Origin: Pristiophorus japonicus
Lineage: Eukaryota
Assembly (NCBI RefSeq): GCF_044704955.1
Contig: NC_091986.1
Coordinates: 176,638,001-176,702,000 of the forward strand
Reading direction: 5' to 3'
Length of the DNA: 64,000 bases
Shown here: positions 52,468-64,000 of the stretch, piece after piece
How the letters are laid out: each line of letters starts with the position of its first letter
How positions within the stretch are numbered: position 1 is the first letter of the stretch
Notes under the pieces: generated by a model
The model's database searches: none
What the model saw: only the letters and a program-made list of their open reading frames with translations
What the model was told of the DNA's origin: nothing
Translations under genes and position numbers: made by a program

Positions 52468-52830
52468 TGCAGTACTGAGCGAATGCTGCTTTTTAGAGGT
52501 GTCATCTTTCAGATGAGATGTTAAACTGAGACTCAGTCTGTTGTTCAAGTGGATGTAAACAATCCCATGACACTTTTCTGAAAAATGCAGGCAGTTCTCC
52601 CAATGTCCTGGCCAACATTCTTCCCCAACTAAAATCAGCAAAATATATACTGGTCCTTTATCATACTGCTGTGTTTGGGACCTTGCTGTGTGCGATTTGG
52701 CTGCTGTAACTGCCTACAAAACAACAATAACAACATTTCAAAAATAATTCTTTGACTGAAGTACTGTGGGACATCCTGAGGTTTTGAAAGGCAGTATATA
52801 TATATGAAAGTTTTTCATTTCTTTTTTTTA
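52468..52830 (+). mobile_element. Deu-domain SINE (SacSINE1/AmnSINE1-like), 5' truncated
   Basis: gatgagatgttaaactgag...tcccatgacac...tgtcctggccaa...gggaccttgctgtgtgc...gggacatcctgagg...aaaggc matches the recalled Deu domain and L2-type tail. Confidence 0.8.
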
Positions 52831-53986
52831 TTCTTTCCTTCCGCTCTGGCAGTTCAAATGGAGATCTGGCCCAGTCCGTACCACTTAACCAGGGCACTTC
52901 AACTGTTTTTGCCTTGCAAATAGGAGCAGTGATTGCTGCATGCCTTGTGTGTTGTCAAATTATATGGTTTGTCCTTCAGCCATGCCATTTCTCTGCGATG
53001 ACATTGTCAAATAAACAATGCTGCACTATTAAATAAATTGGAAATTTCATTAAATTGTTAAATTTGCAATATGGCATAATATATCAGAAATGATTTTCAT
53101 AAAAACAACAGGGTCATTTGACAGCTATTTCAATGATGATATACTTTCTGAATTGTTTCCATTTTAAAAAAAATGCTTTGGGCTTTGGTCTAGGAATGTT
53201 GCCACACTCTTAAAGGGATAATATATTTTCGTTAAATTATGGCCCTGTTAAATATAATCCATGGCACTGTTTTAGGTTGGGAAACCTCAATCTAATTTAA
53301 AGCAGTGTCCAGACAGCTGGCCCAAACGTTTTGGTCTTTGTGTTCTAATATTCATCCCATGAATATCTGTCTATTGTTGTAAGTTCTAGAGAGCCGCTTA
53401 AATATGATGATGGCAGCTAAAAATGTCAGCATAATTCAGTGAACTGTGCTGACTTGACCTTGAGGATGAGTGCATTATGATGATTTGTATTTTCTAATTC
53501 TTAAATTATTCGGTGAGCAGAGAAAATGAAAATGTATGAGGTCAGACTACAGTGATTTTGTATGATCAGGCACATCTGTCATACATTTTCTTAAAGGAAT
53601 AATATTCCTTTTTTTGTCTGTTAAATTTCAAAATTGCTCAAACTTGCTAATCATTCGAATTTTCTTTGTTGAAAATGTAAATATTGCTTGCAGAGATAAT
53701 ATTTAATGTTTTACTTGAGCTTGGATATTTTGAAGCAAATACCATGATATGGTTTTTACTTTATACTCAAAACTGTAACCATTATGTTTCTGGGTCACAC
53801 TAAAATGGAAAATCAATTTGGTGGTTTCATGAATCAAATTTATCAACATTTATACTGTATTTTGAAAATGGTATAAATATTCTACTATAGCAAATTTCCA
53901 ATACTGCATCAAATACTTTTTAGGGTGGTTGAGGAGTGGGAGGAAGAAAAACAAAAAGCAAGCATAAAAGAATGCAGGCTTGATAA

Positions 53987-54232
<246 letters not shown>

Positions 54233-54425
54233 TGACCTAACAAATACAGATGCAGAAATCACAGTGCTTACAGTAATTTTCTTTTAACTTTCTAGAAGTG
54301 CTGCTAACAATGTTATGATACTGAGATCTGTTTAATATACACCCTTGAAAGAAAATCTTTGCACTGAATGCACAAGGCATACTTGTAGCTAGCTGAGACA
54401 ATATCCCAAATACCGTGTGTACCTT

Positions 54426-55505
54426 GGCTAGACTTTCCACTTCACATCGCCCATATCGCGCCCATATATCACCCAAAACGACCTTTCATCGCCCATTTTG
54501 ACAAAATAGTGGAAATTCAGGCTGGAGCATTGCAGAAAAATTATCCCCCTGACTTTTGGCTCACATCGCCGAGCTGATCGCTGAGGTGATCGCCCGCACG
54601 TCGCCCATCCCAACTTTCGGCACATCGCCGAGCTAATAGCTCGCCGAGAACATCGCTGGAGAATAGTTGCTTTTTCCTGGCCTTCCTCACAGAACTCAGC
54701 ACTACGGACGCCATTTTGAACATCAGAGGAAGAGAGAAGGCTGCTAAAACAAAGGGCTTTTAACATCCTTTTACTGATAGATCCATTCACATTTATACTT
54801 ATATTTATATTTAAATGTACAACAGTTGCATTAATGTTTTAACTTAACTTTACTTACATTATTAAAAGACAATGCACAACAATTGTAAGATTCAACAAAA
54901 CTTTATTAACAACAATTTCAATTTTAAACAACCCCCCAATCATCCACCCAGCCCCCACCGCCCCCACTCCCAAACAGCAACAGTAAGAAGAACAACAAGA
55001 AGAAGAACAAGAAAAACATGAACAACAATAACATCCCCTCCCTACCCGCAGCCACGTTTCCCTCCAGATCCTGGACCCCCCGCACCCGTGTCCTAGCCCC
55101 ACCCGCCCGTTTTGGTCCCCTGGTACCGAGACGACGCGGGCGTGCAGCGGGCAACGGCAAGACTTCCTGCCGTGGTGGGGGTAATAGTGGCACGATCGGC
55201 TGTTGGGGGGGTGTTGGAGGGGAAGGCGAAGCACGGACAGGGGCATCGTCTTCCAAATCAGAAGGAAGTGCTTCCTCAACTGGAAAAAAAAAAAATCGCG
55301 TGCGCAGTAGTCCGTTGCTAGGGAAGCTTTTGCCTTCCACATCCTTTTGCATCGCCCATTTGACATCGCAGGCCTGTCGCTGAGTGGAAAATCGGCATCC
55401 AAAAAATGAGCGATGAGCCAGCGATCAGTAAGGCTGAAATATCGAACATCACTGGAATATCGCCCATTTTTGGGGCGATAGACAGGAAAGTGGAACGTCT
55501 AGCCC
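54426..55505. mobile_element. Harbinger-like non-autonomous element with ATCGCCC subterminal repeats
   Basis: TIR ggctagactttccactt / aagtggaacgtctagcc; likely ctt TSD; CpG-rich. Confidence 0.78.
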
Positions 55506-56127
55506 CTTGTGTGTAATATATTTGAGAGAACATGTTTATTTCTCCACCGACTTAAAATCATAGAATCGTAGAATTTCATAGCACAGAATTCAGCCAATTG
55601 TGCTTGTGCCCGTGCCAAATCTCTAAAAGAACTGTCCACTCAGTCCTATCCCCCTCGCCTTTTCCTAAACCTTTAAAAAAAATATATATTCTTCAAATAT
55701 TTATCCAATTCACTTTGAAAAGCTATTACTGATTCTGTTTCCACCACTGTTTCTGGTGGAACATTCTGAGTTCATTTAACCTTTGGACTAATTTACAACC
55801 TACACTTCATGCATTGCTTCTTTTGGATAACTACCAGAACTGTTTTCTGAGCTTTTGGGGAGTTTTTAGAATCTCAGTAAATTCATTGGAAATCTGAGTG
55901 TAATCACATGAATTCTTTAAGCGTATATAATTCACATTGCCTCTGAAGAAGTCACAGAAAAATTATCAAGCTTGTCACTTGCCATTTTTGTGCCATGGAA
56001 ATTCTTGATTTTTTTCACAATCTAGGGAAAGATCACTGGAATACTCGGAGCATGAATGGCTGTCGAGTACTTATTATTTCATTAAAATGTAAAATTGAAT
56101 AACTTCTGCAGTATTTGTCATGGCATA

Positions 56128-59100
56128 GGAACGTAAGAAATAGGAACAGGAGTAGGCCATACGGCCCCTCAAGCCTGCTCCACCATTCAATAAGATCATG
56201 GCTGATCTGATCATGACCTCAGCTCCACTTCCCCGCCCGCTCCCCATAACCACTTATTCCCTTATTGTTTCAGAAACTGTCTATTTCTGTCTTAAATTTA
56301 TTCAATGTCCCAGCTTCCACAGCTCTCTGAGGCAGCGAATTCCACAGATTTACAACCCTCAGAGAAGAAATTTCTCCTCATTTCTGTTTTAAATGGGCAG
56401 CCCCTTATTCTAAGATCATGCCCTCTAGTTCTAGTCTCCCCCATCAGTGGAAACATCCTCTCTGCATCCACCTTGTCAAGCCCCCTCATAATCTCATACG
56501 TTTCGATCAGATCACCTCTCATTCTTCTGAATTCCAATGAGTAGAGGCCCAACCTACTCAACCTTTCCTCAACCCCCTCATCCCCGGAATCAACCTAGTG
56601 AACCTTCTCTGAACTGCCTCCAAAGCAAGTATATCCTTTCGTAAATATGGAAACCAAAACTACACGCACTATTCCAGGTGTGGCCTCACCAATACCTTAT
56701 ATAGCTGTAGCAAGACTTCCCCATCCCCTTTGCAATAAAGACCAAGATACCTTTGCCTTCCTGATCACTTGCTATACCTGCATACTATCCTTTTGTGTTT
56801 CATGCACAAGTACCCCCAGGTCCCGCTGTACTGTGGCACTTTGCAATCTTTCTCCATTTAAATAATAACTTCTTCTTTGATTTTTTTTCTGCCAAAGTGC
56901 ATGACCTCATTATACTCCATCTGCCAAATTTTTGCCCACTCACTTAGCCTGGCTATGTCCTTTTGCAGATTTTTTGTGTCCTCCTCACACATTGCTTTTC
57001 CTCCCATCTTTGTATCGTCAGCAAACTTGGTTACGTTACACTCAGTCCCTTCTTCCAAGTCGTTAATATAGATTGTAAATAGTTGGGGTTCCAGCACTGA
57101 TCTCTGCGACACCCCACTAGTTACTGATTGCCAACCTGAGAATGAACCATTTATCCCGACTCTCTGTTCTCTGTTAGTTAGCCAATCCTCTATCCATGCT
57201 AATATATTACCCCCAACCCCGTGAACTTTTATCTTGTGCAGTAACCCTTTTATGTGGCACCTTGTCAACTGCCTTCTGGAAGTCCAAATACACCACATCC
57301 ACTGCTTCCCCTTTATCCACCCTGTTCGTTACATCCTCAAAGAACTCCAGCAAATTTGTCAAACATGACTTCCCCTTCATAAATCCATGCTGACTCTGCC
57401 TGACTGAATTTTGCTTTTCCAAATGTCCTGCTACTGCTTCTTTAATAATGGACTCCCAACATTTTCCCAAACACAGATGTTAGGCTAACTGATCGATAGT
57501 TTCCAGCTTTTTGTCTGCCTCCTTTTCTAAATAGGGGTGTTACATTTGCAGTTTTCCAATCTGCTGGGACCTCCCCACAATCCAGGGAATTTTGGTAAAT
57601 TACAACCAATGCATCCACAATCCCTGCCGCTACTTCTCTTAAAACCTTAGGATGCAAGCCATCAGGTCCTAGGGATTTATCCTCCTTTAGTCCCATTATC
57701 TTACTGAGTACCACCTTCTTAGTGATTGTGATTGTGTTAAGTTCCTCCCCCCCTATAGCCCCTTGACTATCCACTGTTGGGATATTGTTAGTGTCCTCTA
57801 CCATAAAGACTGATACAAAATATTTGTTCAGAGTTTCTGCCATCTCCATGTTCCCTATTACTAATTCCCCGGTCTCGTCCTCTATGGGACCAACATTTAC
57901 TTTAGCCACTCTTTTCCTTTTTATATACCTACCTGTTTTTATATTTTGTGCTAGTTTACTTTCATAGTTTATCTTCCCTTTCTTAATCATATTTTGAGTC
58001 ATTCTTTGCTGGCTTTTAAAAGCTTCCCAGTCTTCTGTCCTCCCACTACTTTTGGCCACTTTGTATGCCCTTGTTTTTAATTGGATACCGTCCTTTATTT
58101 CTTTAGTTCGCCACGGATGGCTATCTTTTCTCTTACACCCTTTCCTCCTCACTGAAATATATTTTTCTTGAGAGTTGTGAAATATCTGCTTGACAGTACA
58201 CCACTGTTCATCAACCGTCCTACACTTTAATCTATTTTCCCAATCACTTTACCCAACTCTGCCCTCATACCTTCATAGTCTCCTTTATTTAAGCTTAGTA
58301 CGCTGGTTAGAGATCCAACTTTCTCACCCACCATCTGAATTTGAAATTCAATCATGCTATGATCACTCATTCCGAGAGGATCCTTTACTAGGAAATTGTT
58401 TATTAATCCTGTCTCATTTCACAAGACCAGATCTAAGATAGCCTGTCCCCTGGTTGGTTCCGTTACATACTGCTCAAGGAACCCATCCCTTACGCACTCT
58501 ATGAACTCCTCCTCAAGGCTACCCTGACCAATTTGATTTGTCCAATCAATATGGAGGTTAAAATCACCCATGATTATTGCTGTTCCCTTTTTACACGCCC
58601 CCACTATTGCCTGGTTTATGCTCCGACCAACAGAGTTGCTACTGTTAGGGGGCCTATAGACTACGCCCACTAGTGACTTTTTCTCCTTATTGTTCCTTAT
58701 CTCCACCCAAACTGTTTCAACACCCTTATCATTTGAGCCAATATCGGTTCTTACTATTGCAGTGATTCCATCCTTTATCAATAGAGCTACCCCACCTCCT
58801 TTTCCTTTCTGTCTGTCCTTCCGGATTGTCAAGTACCCCTGAATATTTAATTCCCAGTCCTGGTCACCTTGCAACCACGACACTGTAATGGCTATCGGAT
58901 CATACCAATTTGTCTCAATTTGTGCCGTCAACTCATCTATTTTGTTACAAATGCTACATGCATTTAGACAAAGTGGCTTTAAATTTGTTTTTTTACCCTT
59001 TTTTCCTGCTTGTTTCCTCTTTCCTTCAAACTCACTTTCTTTATTTTTGCTTTCTAATTCCAGCTTTACTCCCCTCCCTACTGAATCTATTTTCAGGTTC

Positions 59101-60772
59101 CCATTCCCCTGCCAAGCTAGTTTAAACCCTCCCCAACAGCACTAGCAAACCCCCCCACCCCCACGAGGATATTGGTCCCGGCTCTGTTGAGGTGCAACCC
59201 ATCCGGCGTGTACAGGTCCCACCTCCCCCAGAAGTGGTCCCAATGCCTCTGGAAACTAAAGCCCTCCCGCCTGCACCATCTCTCCAGCCACGTATTCATC
59301 TTCTCTATCCTCCTCTTTCTATACTCACTAGCTCGTGGCACTGGGAGTAATCCGGAAATTACTATCTTTGAGATCCTGCTTTCTAATCTCTCTCCTAGCT
59401 CCCTAAACTCTACCTGCAGGATCTCATCCCTCTTTCTACCTATGTCATTGGTACCGATGTGGACCACGATCTCTAGCTGTTCAACCTCTCCCCCCAGAAT
59501 GCCCTGCAGCCGCTCAGTGACATCCTTGAGCCAGGGAGGCAACATACCATCCTGGGGTCACATCTGCGGCTACAGAAACACTTGTCTGCTCCCCTGACTA
59601 TTGAATCCCTTACCACTATAGCTCCTCCATTCTTCTCCCTCCCCACCTGTGCTGCTGAGCCACCCATGGTGCCATGGACTTGGCTCTCGTTGCACTCCCC
59701 AAAGCCACCATCGCCCCCACCGGTACTCAGAACTAAGTACCGGTTGGCGAGCGAGGTGGACTCAGAGGACTGCTGCACGACCTGCCTAGTCTGTCTGGCG
59801 GTCACCCACTCCCTCTCTGCCTGCACACTCTTAAGTTGCAGGGTGACCGCCTCTAGAAACATGCTATCCACGTTGCTCTCAGTCTCACGGATGCACCACA
59901 GTGACCCCAGCTGCCGCTCAAGCTCCAAAACACGGAGCTCGAGTTGGTGCAGCTGGAGACACCTCCCGCACACATGGTCGCCCCGGCTGCACGATTGCCA
60001 CAGGATGTGCAATCCACGGGACTGAACTGCCCTGCCATCCCTCTAGTCACACTTGCAACTATCGAGCAGAACTAAACTCTAAACCTTAGCACAACACACC
60101 CAGCCACTACTCAGCAAACAGCCGATTTAATTATCTAGCTTTCCTTAGATAATAAAGATCACATATTTACTTGCAGTTCCTACTTACAGCAATGGCAAAG
60201 GTTTCCTACTGAAAAGAAAAAGAAAAAGATAAAGAAAAATACTCACCAATCCACCAGCCAATCACTTACCCGCTTGGCTGTGATGTGACACTTCGATTTT
60301 GATTTTTTAAAAACTTTTTGTCCCTGCACCAGCTGGCTCCTCCCGACTCTTGGGCCCTTTTATCTGGGCCTGGAACTCCCGCTCCCGCTCCTGTGGCTCC
60401 TCCCGACTCTCGAGCCCCTTTATCTGGGCCTGGAACTCCCGCTCCCGCTCCTGTGGCTCCTCCCGACTCTCGAGCCCCTTTATCTGGGCCTGGAACTCCC
60501 CCTCCCGCTCCTGTGGCTCCTCCCGACTCTCGAGCCCCTTTATCTGTGCCTGGAACTCCCCCTCCCGCTGCTCTGGCTCCTCCCGACTCTTGGGCCCTTT
60601 TATCTGGGCCTGGAACTCCCGCTCCCGCTCCTGTGGCTCCTCCCGACTCTCGAGCCCCTTTATCTGTGCCTGGAACTCCCCCTCCCGCTGCTGTGGCTCC
60701 TCCCGACTCTCAGGGCCCTTTATCTGGGTTTGGAACTCCCCCTCCCGCTCCTGTGGCTCCTCCCGACTCTCG
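56128..60772 (-). mobile_element. Full-length decayed CR1 LINE (5' monomer array, ORF1 zinc finger plus SGNH esterase, APE-RT ORF2)
   Basis: ORF1 has CTSC..CGRC, RDSIVRG, VHIGTNDI and DGLHLN; ORF2 fragments span 56298-58931; candidate TSD ggcata at 56122-56127 and 60773-60778. Confidence 0.92.
60333..60772 (-). repeat. 60-bp tandem repeat, about 7.3 copies, at the CR1 5' end
   Basis: Unit tggctcctcccgactctcgagcccctttatctgggcctggaactcccgctcccgctcctg recurs exactly every 60 nt. Confidence 0.95.
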
Positions 60773-63016
60773 GGCATAACAAGCTACTATAAAGGAATAA
60801 CTGTGGGAGATCAGTGTTTTAAAAATTCACCCTCTGACTGTCTTTTCCCTTAAAACCAAAGTACATAAATCCCTTTTAGCCCCTAGCAGTTGAAAATTAC
60901 CTTCCTGAACAAAACATCTGCAAGGGACAATTGCAGACAATTTTGAAATCATAAACATGCCCATGTGGAATTACAGCTTCCTCAAACACTGACCCTCTCT
61001 GTCCTTATTGTATTCCTTTTTGGGCAACTCTATTTGAAGGTCAAAACAACATGATTTTAATGGGCCCAGAGAAATCCTTTTAGGGGTATTTTTGCACCAT
61101 TTAAAGCTGTGTACATGTGCAACAAATCTGCCACTAAAAGACAAAACTCATCATTATCACTAATGTCATGGTGTAGTATTTCACTATATCAAGCTGTGTA
61201 ATACTAGACCACAAAAAACCCTTTCAAACATTTGAGCTGTTGAGTAAACTTACACTGAGTAATGTCACGTGCAAGATTTTCACAAATATATCCTATTGAC
61301 AGGTCAATTAGTGAGATTATTAAATTAAGTTTATACTTTCTTTACGTAGTTTTAAATTGATAAAGTCAATGCAATACGCATTGTTTTGATCAATAATTTT
61401 TTTTGATTATGCCTTCAAAACAGTTTTGTCAATGAACTTGTGCCAGTTTTTTTCATAAACAAAAGAACCACTAAGGGGTTTTTAATATTTATTCATAACA
61501 TTATGAATATGTGCCAGCTGGTATGCAAAGCTTAAGAGAAATATGCTTTGAAACTGCAGTGCACCAGTAGAGCTGTGGTAGTGTGCTGGAGACATCCCTA
61601 GATATTTACCATCTGTTGTGTGCAAAATAACTAAAAATGCAACACTATAAGAAGGAGAATTATTAGTAAAAAGACTCAGAAGTCAAATAGAAAGCCTGGA
61701 GAAGAGAAGAATACATTACATTATCCAACCATCCTCTTCGGTTTCCATTTTGTACAAAACACTAGCTTTAGTAACCCTTTAAGTGTTGCCATAGCAAACT
61801 TAAGTCCAAAATATAAGCAGAAAAATTAAAGCAATATAAATAGAAACAGCAACTAACCAAATAGTCGTGGTTTCACATCCCATGACTGCCTGCCATTCAA
61901 ATCTGCCTGTTATAGTTGGGTTAGACTTTGTTAGTTCACTGTCAGGCTGTAACTGGAATAGCTTTTTGAAATGGAACATTCTGCCAAAAGGGAAAATACT
62001 GTTCTTCCCTGCCAAAATTGTGTCTCTCGTTGGCAGATTACAGAGCAACATAGGCATAGGTCAGGGAGAAGCCTGTAACCTTGACTGACATACCTGGTAG
62101 ATTTTAGAAACATGGGAAAGGGAGAATTAACTAAAAAGTGCATGCCCCATATGTACTCCAGTTTTCTTCAATGTTCTAACTTTTGTTCCAATGTCCACAA
62201 AATACACTCTCCAACATACTCCAATTATTTTCCTTGGATGGGAAGGTAAGGCACCGAGTCCATGGATAACTCCACAGATACTGAACACCATTCCTTGGTC
62301 GATCCAACAGACATGTTTCATCTGTATTATCATATGAGTATTGACTTTTTTCGTGACTGCTTTTCTCTTCCTGATGCTGACAAACTCACCAGGTAGGAGA
62401 AGATAAAATGCAAATGACTATCAAGACTACAATTTGAACTTGTTTCCTTAACCAAGAGTCCTGTGCTCAAGCACTGTAGGTCTTGAGTTGCCAATGTGCT
62501 ATATAGTGTGAATATGTTACAATTTTTAGCAATTTGTACAAACTGAGGCCATTTTGTTTTGTTTGGGTTTTACAATTATCCTAAAAATACAAACAAAAGA
62601 AGAACCACAAGAAACTCGTGAGTGAGATACCATCATTTGAAAATGACTGATCTAATTGCACATCTGCTTTCTGCTGAAAAATGTCTGCCTCACAGATACT
62701 AGGGGCCCCAACTATCAAAACAATTACTAGGATTATCTTATATCCCAAGTCAGTTCAGCCTTGTAACTAAAGTTCAATGTGGTATAAATTAGACCATTTA
62801 TGCACAAAAAAAAACTTTAGGTATGCTTTAGTTCAAAATGCTTTACTCACGTGCACAAAGATATCTTCAATGTGCGCTTTGCGCAATTATAATGAAATGA
62901 AAGAGAGCTCTGGCAGTATGTTCCTGAGAAGAGATTTTGAACACTAAAATACCTGCAGTCACTCTATGTATCCACACGACAAGAAAGGAACACCAGTCAG
63001 TGTGTGTGAATTTGTT

Positions 63017-63691
63017 GGCCCTGAATTTGCGGTCGGAGGCTTCCCGCAGGGAAATGCCTCCAATCCGCAAATAAAATGGCCACATACCTGGTGGTCCGGG
63101 AAGTATGGGGATTTGCGATCCTGGGGCTCTCCGAATATGCGCGGGACGAGGCCCATGAATCTCAGGCGCTCCTGGGATTATGTGGGCCAGCCCAGCGTAT
63201 GTATGGAATCCCCATAAGCATGAATGGGCATACTCCCAAAATACATCTAGACATCAAATATATATATATTTTTAAACCATCACGTGTTTAAAATTAATTC
63301 AAATGACATTTAATTAAATATTTAAAATAAAACTTTTATCTTTTGAAAAATAAATTTACATGTTTTAAAGGGGCTAAAAATAAACTTATCTTATTTCACA
63401 GGTTTTTAAATGTATAAATTATTGATAATTTTATTTTTCTGTTTTTTTAAAACTCTTACGCTGGTAAAAAGCTTGCTTTATGTACATAAGAATTTCACGG
63501 GCATTCGCTGGGCAGAAGTTGGACAAACAGCCCAACTCTCCACTTGCGAAGGCCCTTTTCCCGGGGATTTGTGCATTGACAGGTTGCAAGTTCTGGGTTT
63601 TAGCGCATGTGCAGTGCATGCCTAAACCCATAACTTGCGTGGCCTCTATGCTTTCCTTGTACATGCCTGTAGGGGCTGCAAATTATGGCCC
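63017..63691. mobile_element. Older Harbinger-like MITE
   Basis: Imperfect TIR ggccctgaatttgc / gcaaattatggccc; GC-rich ends with an AT-rich core; TSD degenerate. Confidence 0.6.
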
Positions 63692-64000
63692 ATTATTTCT
63701 TCCAAAAGGGAGATGTAGGGAGATAAAAACAGAAAATGGTGGAAATACTCAGCATTTTCTTTTCAGAATCCAGCATCTATAGTATTTTGCTATTTTATGA
63801 GATGTAGGGAGAGTCCTCCTGAACAATCACGCTGTCCACTCCTTTACCACCTACTGCTTTCCTGTCTGCCACAAGTAAATACTGGTGGAGGAGGCATGGG
63901 TTACGGCAGATTTTCCCGCTTACCAACACTTCTTTGGTCTGCCATGTGGAAAGTGGCAGTAGGATTTAAATACACAAATGGAGGAGGAGGAGGGTCCTGT

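Noticed and set aside
60307-60853. Repetitive ORFs or a CRISPR-like array
   Set aside because: A contiguous 60-bp tandem repeat without unique spacers; the unit length divisible by 3 explains the open frames; eukaryotic context.
61800-62400. Cluster of short ORFs as the next NBEA exon or an antisense gene
   Set aside because: I could not find the expected next-exon motif (FGQTPxQL), and no recognisable domain is present.

Overview
Vertebrate intronic DNA. The repeat landscape (CR1, L2, RTE, Deu-domain SINE) points to a cartilaginous fish; this is an inference. The only host coding sequence is four consecutive phase-0 exons on the + strand (14816-14956, 42202-42321, 49585-49737, 54062-54229) encoding part of a neurobeachin (NBEA/LRBA family) BEACH domain. 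It is closest to NBEA but divergent enough to be a possible third ohnologue. The rest is dense, often nested transposon sequence: several CR1 LINEs (one full-length with a 60-bp monomer array at its 5' end), L2 and RTE fragments, a full-length decayed Gypsy (Mag-like) LTR element with an unusually long tRNA-Ser-complementary leader, six PIF/Harbinger-like non-autonomous elements, a decayed spliced Harbinger Myb/SANT gene, and a candidate Helitron2/Helentron-type element with GA-rich internal repeats. Repair scars include an inverted duplication, a telomere-like patch and a captured 5' segment in an RTE. There are two assembly gaps. All family assignments come from recalled motifs, not database searches.
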